64,000 nucleotides of DNA from assembly GCA_947450025.1 (NCBI GenBank), contig CANFTW010000001.1:244672-308671 (forward strand), in the 5' to 3' direction. The notes beneath the pieces are model-generated. The model saw only the letters and a list, made by a program, of their open reading frames with translations. It ran no database searches and was not told where the DNA came from. The position numbers and the translations under genes were made by a program. Positions 36,759 to 47,144 of the stretch are shown in pieces (the stretch's first letter is position 1; every line of letters begins with the position of its first letter). Source of the stretch: Bacteroidota bacterium. Lineage in GTDB: Bacteria; Bacteroidota; Bacteroidia; B-17B0; Aurantibacillaceae.

Positions 36759-36804
36759 CTCCACGTCCCAAACGTGGCGCGATACCGGGCTACGCTACAC
36801 CCCG
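36731..36804 (-). tRNA. tRNA-Pro (anticodon UGG)
   Basis: Minus strand reads cggggtg-ta-gcgt-agcccggta-tcgc-g-ccacg-tTTGGGa-cgtgg-aggcc-gtcag-ttcgaat-ctggc-caccccg-a. It has a 7-bp acceptor stem, a canonical TTCGAAT T-loop and a 74-nt cloverleaf. CCA is not encoded. Confidence 0.93.
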
Positions 36805-36902
36805 CTTTTCTATAAAATGATTAAAAAAATACTCTATAAAAAATTAGAGTGCAAAGATACAATTTTTTTTATTCAAAAAAAGAAAAACATGATTTTTTTT
36901 AT

Positions 36903-36935
36903 AAAAAAAATGGGGTTGTCAAAAATACAACCCCA
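36903..36935 (-). terminator. Rho-independent terminator of the BNR/T9SS cargo gene
   Basis: Stem tggggttgt (36911-36919) paired with acaacccca (36927-36935). On the minus strand it is followed by T8 (A8 on + at 36903-36910). Confidence 0.8.
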
Positions 36936-36960
36936 TTCATATTGTTTAATATAGACTTAT

Positions 36961-38910
36961 TTATTTTTCTACTGCAAATTTCTTAGTAATAGCTTTGCTA
37001 TTAGCCATTTTAACTTGATAGAAATATAATCCAGCGCTTAAATTATTTAAGTTAACATCAACTTTATTGCTTCCAATATTACCGTAAACTGAAGTTGAAT
37101 ATACGGTTTGTCCAACTGCATTAAGGATAGCAATATCCATTTTAGCATTTTCTTTTAATACTACTTCAATAGTACCATTTGAAGATGCAGGATTTGGGTA
37201 GAAATTCATATTAGAAACCGTTGTATTCATTTCATTAATACCTGTAGCACCGCATACAATATCTCCTACTGGAATTTTTGCATAAACGATATCATTGCTT
37301 ACATCAACGTTATCAGCATCTGGATTTGTTCCAGAAGATGGAGGAACTCCATATCCAGGGATAAAATCTCTTTGATACACAATGTGAACGTTACCATTAA
37401 CATTTTTTGCCATAGAAGCAAACATACCTTCGTAATAAGAACCTGATGCAGTTGGCACAATATTTCTTGGACAAGTCCAGTTTGCACCACCATCAGTTGA
37501 TTTCATAACGTATACTTGTCTTACTACTTTTTCTGCATTACCAACAGAAATCATACTGTCACCAATTGCACAATACGATAAATACATAGTGTTTGCAGCA
37601 TCAAATGCCATACTTGGATAAGATGTTAAAGAACAACCATATCTACCAAAAGCTAAATTACCAGAAACAGATGGAGTTGGGAAGTAAATAGTTCCTTGCT
37701 CTCCTAAATCTTCGATTTGAGCTACTAAATTTCCACCTAAATCAACAGGCATAGACTCATCCCATAAATATAAACCATCTGTATAAGGGAAATAACTATA
37801 ACCACTTGTAGATGGCGCATCATTTAAAATTCTCATTCCACCATATGACACATATGCTTTTCCTGTGTTATCTAAAGCTATTGCTAAATTTCCATCATTT
37901 GTTTGAATTGTATCAGCAACTCCATCAGCATTAATATCTGAAGAAGTAGCTGTATAATCCCATAACGGTAAAGGGAATTTTAAAACTGTTTTAGCAGTCC
38001 AAGTAGCACCTGCATCTGTTGATTTAGACATTACTAAATCTTTATCAGCATCACCAGCAACCACAACAACCGTATTTCCTTTTGCAGCAATTGCATAAGC
38101 ATCACCACCAAATCCTCTAAATGTAGCTGAAGTTAAACCAGCAGGAACTTGATTTACAAGATCCCAAGTAGCACCTCCATCTTTAGAACGAGAAAATACA
38201 ACTGCTCCATCTAAACCTTGCCATAAAGCACCACCTGATGCAGTTGGATAAGTCAATGAAATTGCATAAACTGTATCTCCACCTGCAGGAGAAGATGAAG
38301 TCATTCTTGGCCAAAAGTTACCACCAGTAGTTGCTGTAGGAACAGCTGTCGTACTATTATTCCAAGTACCCGAACCTTTAGTTGCTCTAGAAGCTAAATT
38401 TAACTTACTTAAACCGCTAGCATGAGATAAGATTAACTCTCCACCTGAACGTGTATTCACAATATTACCCCAACCCACACGAGCATTCTCAACTCTCACT
38501 GTAGGAGGTGTAGACCAAGCTGAACCATTGTAATAAGCATATCCAGAACCTCTGTTAGCATATACTCCACCATCAGCTGTTCCTTCAAATGTCCAACAAG
38601 CTGCAACAGAACCGTCAGCATTCACAACAATTCTATCTCCAACACTACTATTTGATTGTAAATCATAATACGTATTTCCAATAATATCTTCTGATATTGC
38701 AGAAACACGTTGATGATTTTTTGCTGAAGCTACTTGTGCCTTTACTTGATAAGGAACATTTAAATTATTTTGTTTATCATCAAACTTGGCATCTTTTTTT
38801 ACTGCTATGTTAGCAAGATCTGAAGAAATTTTGGTTGTCTTTTTGGCAACCTGAGCACATAACATACCTGAAAAGAATACGCTAGTGGCAAATAGTAATT
38901 GTTTTTTCAT
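36961..38910 (-). CDS. Secreted BNR/Asp-box repeat (sialidase-like beta-propeller) protein with a T9SS C-terminal sorting domain
   Basis: Start taken at MKKQLLFATSVFFSGMLCAQ (signal peptide). Asp-boxes: SKDGGATWD, STDAGATWT, STDGGANWT. The C-terminal 80 aa (NFYPNPASS...LNAVGQTVYS...LSAGLYFYQV) match a type A T9SS CTD. Confidence 0.85.
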   Translation of the reverse strand: MKKQLLFATSVFFSGMLCAQVAKKTTKISSDLANIAVKKDAKFDDKQNNLNVPYQVKAQVASAKNHQRVSAISEDIIGNTYYDLQSNSSVGDRIVVNADGSVAACWTFEGTADGGVYANRGSGYAYYNGSAWSTPPTVRVENARVGWGNIVNTRSGGELILSHASGLSKLNLASRATKGSGTWNNSTTAVPTATTGGNFWPRMTSSSPAGGDTVYAISLTYPTASGGALWQGLDGAVVFSRSKDGGATWDLVNQVPAGLTSATFRGFGGDAYAIAAKGNTVVVVAGDADKDLVMSKSTDAGATWTAKTVLKFPLPLWDYTATSSDINADGVADTIQTNDGNLAIALDNTGKAYVSYGGMRILNDAPSTSGYSYFPYTDGLYLWDESMPVDLGGNLVAQIEDLGEQGTIYFPTPSVSGNLAFGRYGCSLTSYPSMAFDAANTMYLSYCAIGDSMISVGNAEKVVRQVYVMKSTDGGANWTCPRNIVPTASGSYYEGMFASMAKNVNGNVHIVYQRDFIPGYGVPPSSGTNPDADNVDVSNDIVYAKIPVGDIVCGATGINEMNTTVSNMNFYPNPASSNGTIEVVLKENAKMDIAILNAVGQTVYSTSVYGNIGSNKVDVNLNNLSAGLYFYQVKMANSKAITKKFAVEK

Positions 38911-38996
38911 GATTTTATTAGTTTTTATAATTAAACAACATTCATACAAACTTAATGATTTAATAATATAAATACTAAAAAACTAGTAAAAAATAA

Positions 38997-40316
38997 CTAC
39001 AAATTTTCTACAACTTTCTCTAATTGAATACCTCTTGAACCCTTTACTAATATTGAATGATAACGAAGTGGATGATCAATGAAATAGTGTTTTAATTCTG
39101 TAACAGTTTCGAAGTAATGGAACTCTGAAAATTTAGAGTTTAAAGTTTTAAAAATTCCCCCAACTAAAAATACATTTTGTGATTTGTATTTACTGACTAA
39201 TTGTAAAATTCGTTTATGTTCTTCCTCACTATAATCGCCCAATTCCAGCATATCTCCTAAAATCAATGCTTTGTTTCCTAAGGCTTGCTTTTCAAAGTTT
39301 TCGATAGATAAACTCATACTACTTGGGTTTGCATTATATGCATCCAAAATAACAGTATTCGTTTCAGTTTTTTTTACCTGAGAGCGATTCATTTCAGGAA
39401 TATACGATGATAAAGCTGAATTAATATCTGAATCACTTACTCCAAAATAATGTCCAATAGTAGTTGCACATAATAAATTAATGAAATTATAATGACCGAA
39501 CATTTGAGTTTTTACTAATGGTCGCTCATCTATAGAAGCTTGTTTTTCTACCCATTTAAATTCAACATACTCCGAATTTGAATATAATCTTCCGTAAATA
39601 TCATAATCTGGATTTTCACCGTAAAACACCTTTGTTAAACCATCACTTAAACTCACTAATACCTCATCATCTCCATTAACAAACACTTTTCTATTTTTTT
39701 TCTTAAGATGCTTATATAACTCACTTTTACCTTTTTTAACGCCTTCTATTCCACCAAAACCTTCTAAATGAGCCTTTCCAATATTTGTAATGATTCCATA
39801 ATCAGGGTCAGAAATATTGCTTAACATTTCTATTTCTCCTTGATGATTGGCTCCCATTTCAATAATAGCCATTTGATGTTCAGATGTTATCGATAATAAG
39901 GTTAATGGTACGCCTATATGATTGTTTAAATTACCTTTAGTAGCGTATGTATTATATTTTTTAGATAGAACGGCATGTATTAATTCTTTATTGGTTGTTT
40001 TACCATTACTACCAGTTATACCAATAACAACACATTTCAATTGCTGACGATGATATTTGGCTAATTCTTGAAGGGATTCTAAAACATTTTCGACTAAAAG
40101 TATAGTTTGATGACTTGCATTGTTTTCGTTGTCAACTATAGCAAAAGCACAGCCTCCTTTGATAGCCTTCTCTGCAAATTCATTCGCATCAAAATTATCC
40201 CCCTTTAATGCAAAGAAAATAGAACCATTTTCTAATTTTCTTGTATCAGTTGTGATTTTCTGCTGACAATTAATAAATAAAACATATAATTCCTGTATAC
40301 TAAGATATTTCTTCAT
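38997..40316 (-). CDS. murF: UDP-N-acetylmuramoyl-tripeptide--D-alanyl-D-alanine ligase
   Basis: Mur ligase P-loop GITGSNGKTT, then the DAYNANP and VKGSRG motifs. Confidence 0.93.
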   Translation of the reverse strand: MKKYLSIQELYVLFINCQQKITTDTRKLENGSIFFALKGDNFDANEFAEKAIKGGCAFAIVDNENNASHQTILLVENVLESLQELAKYHRQQLKCVVIGITGSNGKTTNKELIHAVLSKKYNTYATKGNLNNHIGVPLTLLSITSEHQMAIIEMGANHQGEIEMLSNISDPDYGIITNIGKAHLEGFGGIEGVKKGKSELYKHLKKKNRKVFVNGDDEVLVSLSDGLTKVFYGENPDYDIYGRLYSNSEYVEFKWVEKQASIDERPLVKTQMFGHYNFINLLCATTIGHYFGVSDSDINSALSSYIPEMNRSQVKKTETNTVILDAYNANPSSMSLSIENFEKQALGNKALILGDMLELGDYSEEEHKRILQLVSKYKSQNVFLVGGIFKTLNSKFSEFHYFETVTELKHYFIDHPLRYHSILVKGSRGIQLEKVVENL

Positions 40317-40324
40317 GGCATAAA

Positions 40325-40358
40325 ATTAAAAAGCCCCTTATCGTTTGATAAGGGGCTT
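40325..40358 (-). terminator. Hairpin/terminator between gldJ and murF
   Basis: 12-bp stem aagccccttatc (40331-40342) paired with gataaggggctt (40347-40358). T-rich sequence follows on the minus strand. Confidence 0.65.
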
Positions 40359-40378
40359 TACATATAGTTTTCAACAAT

Positions 40379-42043
40379 TTATTTTCCTAAACCAACTGGG
40401 CTACCAACACGAACCATTGCACATCTAAATCCAATGAATGCGGTTGCTTGTCTTTGATCTAAATAACGACGAGTACCAGGATTTAGCCAATATGCTCTAT
40501 CTCTCCAGCTACCACCTTTATAAACTCTAGATTTATCATTTATTAAAGATGTTTTTGCGTATTCATACATTAACTTATCTGATTTATCACTGTAAGCATC
40601 TTCACCTTCTGTGTAATAAATACTTGAATTTACATCACCATCTAAATAACTAATATAATCTGCTGTTTTATAATTTCTTCTCTCATCTAAGTTATCAGAT
40701 GAAACTGCTGAAGAAACTTCTCTCCATTTTACACGACCTGGGATATCTGATTTACCTTCTGCTGTAACGTTTTTATTACCGTTCATTGCATCTACATCTT
40801 CAGGTTTACCATTCATTGTAGTTAATACGCTATCTGTCACTTCAACAGTTTCGCCACTCACACCATGTCCTCCTGGAGGGTTTACTTTGTGTTTGAATTT
40901 TTGGAAAACTGGACCTGCATCATTTGTAGAAATAGAACCATCTGTACTATCTTTTACTTGAGTTACAAAAACGTTACCACGGAATGGTCTAAATTCATCT
41001 GCGTCTTGAGCAGTTGAAGCTCTATAAACATCCATCACCCATTCAGAAACGTTACCTGCCATATTATATAAACCGTAATCATTTGGCCAATAAGAATATA
41101 CAGGAGCAGTCACATCAGCATTATCATTTAAGAAACCTGCAGTACCCATCATATCACCACTTCCACGAACAAAGTTAGCAGCAATTTGTCCAATATATGT
41201 TTCATCAGCGTTACGAACACCATGACCATTCCAAGGATAAATTCTACGATCAGTGATACGCTCACCAATGGTATTACCAATTAAACCATAAGCAGCATAT
41301 TCCCATTCTGCTTCTGTTGGTAGTCGGTATTTTGGCAAGAAGATTCCATCTTCCATTTTAACATCTCTTTCAGGGTTTTGCTCGTCAAATGAAGGTAATT
41401 TTTGTTTTAATTGACCTTGCCATTTACCAGATAAATAAGCTTCTGTACTGAAATAATCTTGATCAGAAGGATTTGGAACATGTTCTAATAATCCTTCACG
41501 AATTAAGATAAATTCATTAACGCGATCTGTTCTCCAAGCACAAAACTCATTGGCTTGTAACCAGTTAATACCAACTACAGGGTAATCTCTGTATGAAGGA
41601 TGGCGTAAATAATATTCAACATATGGTTCATTATATGCTAATTTTTCTCTCCATACTAATGTATCAGGTAAAGCTTTGTAATAAATATCTGGGAAAGTAG
41701 GTCCAAATACACGATTTGTCCACCATAGGTATTCTAAATAAGAGAAATTACTTACTTCAGTTTCGTCCATATAGAAAGAAGAAACAGTAACACGACGAGG
41801 AACGTTATTCCATTCATAGGTTACATCTGTTTCATTACGCCCCATAGAAAATGTTCCACCTTCTATTAATACTAAACCAGGTCCGGTTTCTTGTTCTTCA
41901 TAAGGCATTTTTTCGAAACCTCCGTTATCAGGGTCATTATATGACCAACCAGTAATAGGAGAACGTTCTGTACCACAAGATACAGCAATAATCGATAAGA
42001 GAATTGCTAGTGCTTTTCGAGTTTTAATGAAATTGAACTTCAT
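40379..42043 (-). CDS. gldJ: Gliding motility lipoprotein GldJ (SUMF1/FGE-like domains)
   Basis: Lipobox LSIIAVSCG, then SPITGWSYNDPDNGGFE...GLVLIEGGTFSMG and a second FGE-like module (NMAGNVSEW...GGSWRD). Length and layout match flavobacterial GldJ. Confidence 0.9.
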   Translation of the reverse strand: MKFNFIKTRKALAILLSIIAVSCGTERSPITGWSYNDPDNGGFEKMPYEEQETGPGLVLIEGGTFSMGRNETDVTYEWNNVPRRVTVSSFYMDETEVSNFSYLEYLWWTNRVFGPTFPDIYYKALPDTLVWREKLAYNEPYVEYYLRHPSYRDYPVVGINWLQANEFCAWRTDRVNEFILIREGLLEHVPNPSDQDYFSTEAYLSGKWQGQLKQKLPSFDEQNPERDVKMEDGIFLPKYRLPTEAEWEYAAYGLIGNTIGERITDRRIYPWNGHGVRNADETYIGQIAANFVRGSGDMMGTAGFLNDNADVTAPVYSYWPNDYGLYNMAGNVSEWVMDVYRASTAQDADEFRPFRGNVFVTQVKDSTDGSISTNDAGPVFQKFKHKVNPPGGHGVSGETVEVTDSVLTTMNGKPEDVDAMNGNKNVTAEGKSDIPGRVKWREVSSAVSSDNLDERRNYKTADYISYLDGDVNSSIYYTEGEDAYSDKSDKLMYEYAKTSLINDKSRVYKGGSWRDRAYWLNPGTRRYLDQRQATAFIGFRCAMVRVGSPVGLGK

Positions 42044-42103
42044 GTTTTGATGATTTATTTAAGGCTATAACGAAAGTTTATAAAAAAGGTTACAATTTAA
42101 TTT

Positions 42104-43057
42104 TTAGAAAGATGGGCAGCTAATAGTTCTATATTTCTTTTTCTTAGGTCTACATTCAAATTGCATTTGCAAAGATACCTCATGAGAACCGGCAGTATTA
42201 CTGGATAATTTAGAAACAGTGACATCATAACTATATCCTACTTTTAAATGATCTGTTTGAAGACCTATTAAAACAATAAACGCGTCTGAATTTCTATACC
42301 ATAAACCGCCTACAAAGTTACCTTTTACAAAATATAATCCAAGATTTAGTTGAGTAAAGTTTTGTTGCTGTTGAAATAATACGTTAGGAGAAATATAAGA
42401 TTCATTTCCTTTTTCAAGAGGAATAATAGCTCCAGCGTGTCCAGTAAACTTCATTGGTAACTTTGAAGGACCTTGTAACCCTTCATCAGGCTGAGTAATA
42501 TGATGTGCTGCAAATCCAACAAAATAACGTTTACTGTAACCTAATAAACCAGCTGAAAAATCTAAATTAGTTTTTGTTTGAGCAGGTATAATTTCATTTG
42601 TATTCCAAACAAAACCTCTTCTTGCATCAATCATATCTCCAAAATTCAATTTTGTTCTATCTAAAGATTTTTGAAAAAAACCTGCTTGCAAACCAGCTTT
42701 AATTGAAAATTCACGGGTTACTGGTAATAAATATGAATAAACAATACTAGCATTAGTTGATTTTAAAGTTCCGTGCGCTTGATCATCTTGAGTAACAATA
42801 AGACCTAAACCTCCACTAATAGCATCAATATGTTGATCATAAGAAGCGCTGTAAGTGACATAAGTACCAGATAAATTTGGCCATTGATTTCTGTAATTCA
42901 TACAGATTCTAGGGCATCTTGCAGTTCCAGCAAATGCAGGATTTAAATATAAAGGATTTGCATAAAACTGTGTAAATTGAGGATCTTGAGCCTTTAAATC
43001 TTGCCAAACGCCAGTAACACAAACAATTGTGAGTAATATTATCAGTTTCTTCGCCAT
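42104..43057 (-). CDS. PorP/SprF family type IX secretion system membrane protein
   Basis: Signal peptide followed by the hallmark QDPQFTQFYANPLYLNPAFAG. A beta-barrel of about 300 aa. Confidence 0.9.
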   Translation of the reverse strand: MAKKLIILLTIVCVTGVWQDLKAQDPQFTQFYANPLYLNPAFAGTARCPRICMNYRNQWPNLSGTYVTYSASYDQHIDAISGGLGLIVTQDDQAHGTLKSTNASIVYSYLLPVTREFSIKAGLQAGFFQKSLDRTKLNFGDMIDARRGFVWNTNEIIPAQTKTNLDFSAGLLGYSKRYFVGFAAHHITQPDEGLQGPSKLPMKFTGHAGAIIPLEKGNESYISPNVLFQQQQNFTQLNLGLYFVKGNFVGGLWYRNSDAFIVLIGLQTDHLKVGYSYDVTVSKLSSNTAGSHEVSLQMQFECRPKKKKYRTISCPSF

Positions 43058-43189
43058 GTAAAGTTATTTTACTTAAATCTATTCCTAATCACAAATATAG
43101 CAGTCAATTTTGAAAATAAAAACTTTTATGCAACAATATTTTTTTTTCTTTGTCGTTTTATGGAATATATTTACAAAAAGTCCAAGCAA

Positions 43190-46100
43190 ATGCTTTCTAT
43201 CACTAAAGTTAAACTAATTTTTTTAGTTTTTTTATTTTTAAATTATTTTTTTGGTTATTCCCAAGTAATCAAAGATAATAAAAATACCATTAATTATCTA
43301 AATAACAAAGATTTAGCTTCAGAATCAAAAATATCAGCCTTTTTGAATAACTGTCATAAAGACTTTAAAAATCAAAATTTACCCTATTTACTTGAATATA
43401 TTACATTAAATGGAGATGTTGTTCCGTCTTTTAAACTTGAGCAAACTTCAATAAGAGAGCTTACCAGTAAAGAGTTGGAAGAAATTTCAACATTCAAACA
43501 TTTAATTACCTCTAATTTCGAATTAGCTTCATCCATAGGAACAGCAAGAAATGAACGCTTAATGTACGCGAAGATTATTCCATTAAGATTAAATCCTATT
43601 TCTAACAAATATGAATATTTAGAAAATTATATCGCTAATTGGGATTTTCAAACGCCTAATATGACTGTCTCAAAAAGTCAATTAAAACATAACAATAAAA
43701 TCAATAACACCACATCATCTGTTTTAGCAACTGGGAAATGGTATAAAATAGGTGTCACTCAAGATGGCGTATACAAAATTGACAAAACTATATTATCTGA
43801 TTTAGGAATTGACGCTACAAATATTGACCCTAGAAATATTAGAATTTATGGAAATGGTGGGAAATTAATTCCTGAAAAAAATTCAGTATTTAGATACGAT
43901 GACCTTCAAGAAAATGCCATTAATGTTATTGGAGAAAATGATGGTGTATTTGATAATGGTGACTATATCTTATTTTATGGACAAAGCACTGATTCATGGA
44001 AAAAATCAGGAGATGTAAGATTACCATATGAACATCAAACACATTATTTTAGCGACACCTCCTTTTATTTTATTACCACAGATTTAGGTTTGGGTAAACG
44101 CATTGCTTCTCAAAATTCGCTTTCCAATTCACCAAACACCACCACTAATTCTCATGATTATTATGGAATTCATGAATTAAATTCTGTTAATGTTACAAAA
44201 AGTGGGAGAGAATTTTACGGAGAAAAATTTGATTTAACAACCTCCTATTCTTTTGGATTTTCGATACCTGACGCCGTTGTTGGTGATAGTGTTTACGTGA
44301 AAGTAGGAGCATTATCAAGAAGTGGTGTTACTTCGAGTTACGCCGTTAATTTTAATAGTGGATCTTTTACATTTTCGTGTGCTCCAACTAATGTGTCTTA
44401 TTACCTAGCTGATTGGGGCTATTATGGCGAAAATGCTAAAGGAGGAATTCTAAGTTCTAATTATTTATCTGTGACCGTGTCGAAGCAAACATCTCAGGCT
44501 ACGGGACTATTAGACCGTATTGTTTTTAATTGTCGCCGCAATTTAATATTTAATCAAAATCAATTTAATTTTAGAGATAGGAAAACAGTAGCTGGTCCAA
44601 ATTCTTTAGCGAAATACATTCTTAATCTTAGTAATACTAATATTCCAACCATTTGGGACGTGTCCAATCCTATAGACGTTAAAAAACAGATTTTTAATAC
44701 GAATGCTAATCTTATTGATTTTACGGTATCATCTGATTCATTAAAAGAATTCTGCATATTTACTAATAATCAAGCATACATACCAAAAGCATATGGAATT
44801 ATTCCAAATCAAAACTTACATGGAATTCTTCAAGCCGATTTAGTTATTGTAACACATCCTTCTTTTTTAGCGGAAGCGCAGCGAATAGCAGCGATTCACC
44901 AAAATTACGACACTCTTACTTATGCAATTGCTACAACTCAAGAAGTATACAATGAATTTTCATCTGGTACGCCTGATATAGGAGGCATCCGTGATTTTGT
45001 GAAAATGTTATATAAACGGCCTACTAATCCAGATTTAGCGACACAATATTTATTATTACTAGGTGATGGTTCTTATAAAAATAAAGATATTAGTGCTAAT
45101 GGGAATACAGCTCTTGTTCCATGCTTCGAAACAGTTAATTCTTCATCTTTTTTAAGTTCGTTTGTTACCGATGATTATTTTGCAATGATGGATGATAATG
45201 AGGGTGACTTACTTCCTTCAAGTTCTGACTTGGTGGATATTGGTGTTGGGCGCTTTCCAGTAAAAAATAAATCAGAGGCCATTGCAGTGACAAATAAAAT
45301 TGAGCATTACTATGAACGCAATTTCAACTTTGATGTACATGCTTCCGAATCATCATGTTCAACTCAAGGAAACAATTACCCTCAAGGTGATTGGAGAAAC
45401 TGGGTTTGCTTTATCGCCGATGATGAAGATAATAATGAGCATGTGAATCAAGCTAATTTATTAGCTGATAAAGTTTATAATAGCAACAAATATTATAACG
45501 TTGATAAAATATTTTTAGACGCCTATGTTCAATATTCAACTCCGGGTGGAGATCGTTATCCGGATGCGATTAATGACCTAAATAGACGCATGGAAAAAGG
45601 CGCATTAATAGTTAATTATACAGGACATGGAGGAGAATTAGGATTAGCTGAAGAACGTATTGTTGAAGTGGCTCAAATTTTAGGATGGACAAATAAAAAC
45701 AATTTACCATTAATGGTCACAGCAACCTGCGAGTTTAGTCGTTTTGATGACCCAGAAAGAACTTCTGCAGGTGAATATTGTTTACTAAATGAAAATGGAG
45801 GTGCTATAGGTTTAATGACAACCGTTAGAGTTGCCTTTTCGGGGCTTAATTACATTTTAAACAACGCATTCTACGATTATGCGTTAAGTCCTATGACTAA
45901 TGGTAAAATGCCTCACATTGGTGATATTTACAGATTAACAAAGCGACAAATTGGAGCTAACGAACAATACCGAAATTTTGTAATTTTAGGAGATCCTGCC
46001 TTAAGACTTTCATACCCAGAACAGAAAGTATATACCTCCACTTTTAACTCTCAACCTGTTACCGTATCGTCTAGTGATACTTTAAAAGCATTATCACTTA

Positions 46101-47104
46101 TTAATGTGACAGGCTATGTTGGAGATAAAAACGGAAATATTCTTTCTAATTTCAACGGGGTTGTTTTTCCGACTGTTTTTAATAGAGAAGATACTGTGAA
46201 AACATTAGCTAATGATCCTGGCTCAATTAAAATGCCATTTTTGTTACAAAAAAACATCATTTATAGAGGAAAATCTGAAGTGATAAATGGTATATTCTCT
46301 TTTTCCTTTTTAGTACCAAAAGACATCAGTTATACTTTTGGTAAGGGTAAAATTAGCTACTATGCTCATAATGGGATCCACGATGCTAGCGGATTTTATA
46401 ATCAAATAGTAATTGGTGGTTCAAATCCAAATGCCTTAATTGATAATCAAGGTCCTAGTGTAGGATTATTTATGAATGATAAAAAATTTGTGTCGGGTGG
46501 GACTACTAACGAAAGTCCTAAAATATATGCTGAAATTAAAGATGTGAGTGGAATTAACACCATAGGAACAGGAATTGGCCATGATGTTGTAGCTGTATTA
46601 GACGATAATACTAATAAACCAATTATTCTGAACGATTATTACGTTTCTGATTTAAACACCTATCAATCAGGAAAAATTAATTATCCTTTTAATGAATTAA
46701 GCGAAGGAAATCATCGATTAAGCCTAAGGGTATGGGATGTTCAAAACAATTCTACGAATTCATATACAGAGTTTGTGGTATCTAAGGAGGCTGATTTAGC
46801 GCTTAATCATATCTTAAACTACCCTAACCCATTTACTACTAAAACTAACTTTTTTATTGAACATAATCAATGTTGCACAACTTTGAAAGTACTAATTCAA
46901 ATCTATACCATTTCAGGAAAAGTTGTAAAATCGATTAATCAAACAATAAATAACGAAGGTTTCCGTTTTGATGGTATTGAATGGGATGGGAAAGATGAAT
47001 TTGGAGATAAATTAGCTAGAGGAGTTTATATTTATAAAGTTACAGTAACAGATGGCTCAAAGAAAAAAGCTGAAAAAATAGAAAAGTTGGTAATTCTAAA
47101 TTAA
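43190..47104 (+). CDS. porU: Type IX secretion system sortase PorU (C25 peptidase-like)
   Basis: Start chosen at MLSITKVKLIFLVFLFLNYFFGYSQ. It is very large. The gingipain-like catalytic region includes YTGHGGELGLA and TATCEFSRFD (His/Cys dyad context). The C-terminal CTD-like domain reads LNYPNPFT...GVYIYKV. porV follows directly. Confidence 0.9.
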   Translation: MLSITKVKLIFLVFLFLNYFFGYSQVIKDNKNTINYLNNKDLASESKISAFLNNCHKDFKNQNLPYLLEYITLNGDVVPSFKLEQTSIRELTSKELEEISTFKHLITSNFELASSIGTARNERLMYAKIIPLRLNPISNKYEYLENYIANWDFQTPNMTVSKSQLKHNNKINNTTSSVLATGKWYKIGVTQDGVYKIDKTILSDLGIDATNIDPRNIRIYGNGGKLIPEKNSVFRYDDLQENAINVIGENDGVFDNGDYILFYGQSTDSWKKSGDVRLPYEHQTHYFSDTSFYFITTDLGLGKRIASQNSLSNSPNTTTNSHDYYGIHELNSVNVTKSGREFYGEKFDLTTSYSFGFSIPDAVVGDSVYVKVGALSRSGVTSSYAVNFNSGSFTFSCAPTNVSYYLADWGYYGENAKGGILSSNYLSVTVSKQTSQATGLLDRIVFNCRRNLIFNQNQFNFRDRKTVAGPNSLAKYILNLSNTNIPTIWDVSNPIDVKKQIFNTNANLIDFTVSSDSLKEFCIFTNNQAYIPKAYGIIPNQNLHGILQADLVIVTHPSFLAEAQRIAAIHQNYDTLTYAIATTQEVYNEFSSGTPDIGGIRDFVKMLYKRPTNPDLATQYLLLLGDGSYKNKDISANGNTALVPCFETVNSSSFLSSFVTDDYFAMMDDNEGDLLPSSSDLVDIGVGRFPVKNKSEAIAVTNKIEHYYERNFNFDVHASESSCSTQGNNYPQGDWRNWVCFIADDEDNNEHVNQANLLADKVYNSNKYYNVDKIFLDAYVQYSTPGGDRYPDAINDLNRRMEKGALIVNYTGHGGELGLAEERIVEVAQILGWTNKNNLPLMVTATCEFSRFDDPERTSAGEYCLLNENGGAIGLMTTVRVAFSGLNYILNNAFYDYALSPMTNGKMPHIGDIYRLTKRQIGANEQYRNFVILGDPALRLSYPEQKVYTSTFNSQPVTVSSSDTLKALSLINVTGYVGDKNGNILSNFNGVVFPTVFNREDTVKTLANDPGSIKMPFLLQKNIIYRGKSEVINGIFSFSFLVPKDISYTFGKGKISYYAHNGIHDASGFYNQIVIGGSNPNALIDNQGPSVGLFMNDKKFVSGGTTNESPKIYAEIKDVSGINTIGTGIGHDVVAVLDDNTNKPIILNDYYVSDLNTYQSGKINYPFNELSEGNHRLSLRVWDVQNNSTNSYTEFVVSKEADLALNHILNYPNPFTTKTNFFIEHNQCCTTLKVLIQIYTISGKVVKSINQTINNEGFRFDGIEWDGKDEFGDKLARGVYIYKVTVTDGSKKKAEKIEKLVILN

Positions 47105-47107
47105 TTA

Positions 47108-47115
47108 TATCTTTG
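47108..47115 (+). promoter_or_regulatory. Candidate internal -7 promoter box (TATCTTTG) ahead of porV
   Basis: TAnnTTTG match 30 nt upstream of the porV ATG and just after the porU stop. Confidence 0.3.
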
Positions 47116-47144
47116 GTGCTGTCTTTTTAATAAAGAATAATACA

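Noticed and set aside
36658-36954. 98-aa + strand ORF from the track
   Set aside because: It runs antisense through the terminator hairpin and the tRNA-Pro gene, then into A/T homopolymer spacer. The tRNA cloverleaf on the opposite strand explains the sequence, so this ORF is spurious.
43139-43147. T9 homopolymer upstream of porU as a phase-variation switch
   Set aside because: It lies in the untranslated spacer, and I could not place convincing -33/-7 elements around it. Similar A/T runs are frequent in this genome (for example four runs of 7-8 nt in 36850-36910).
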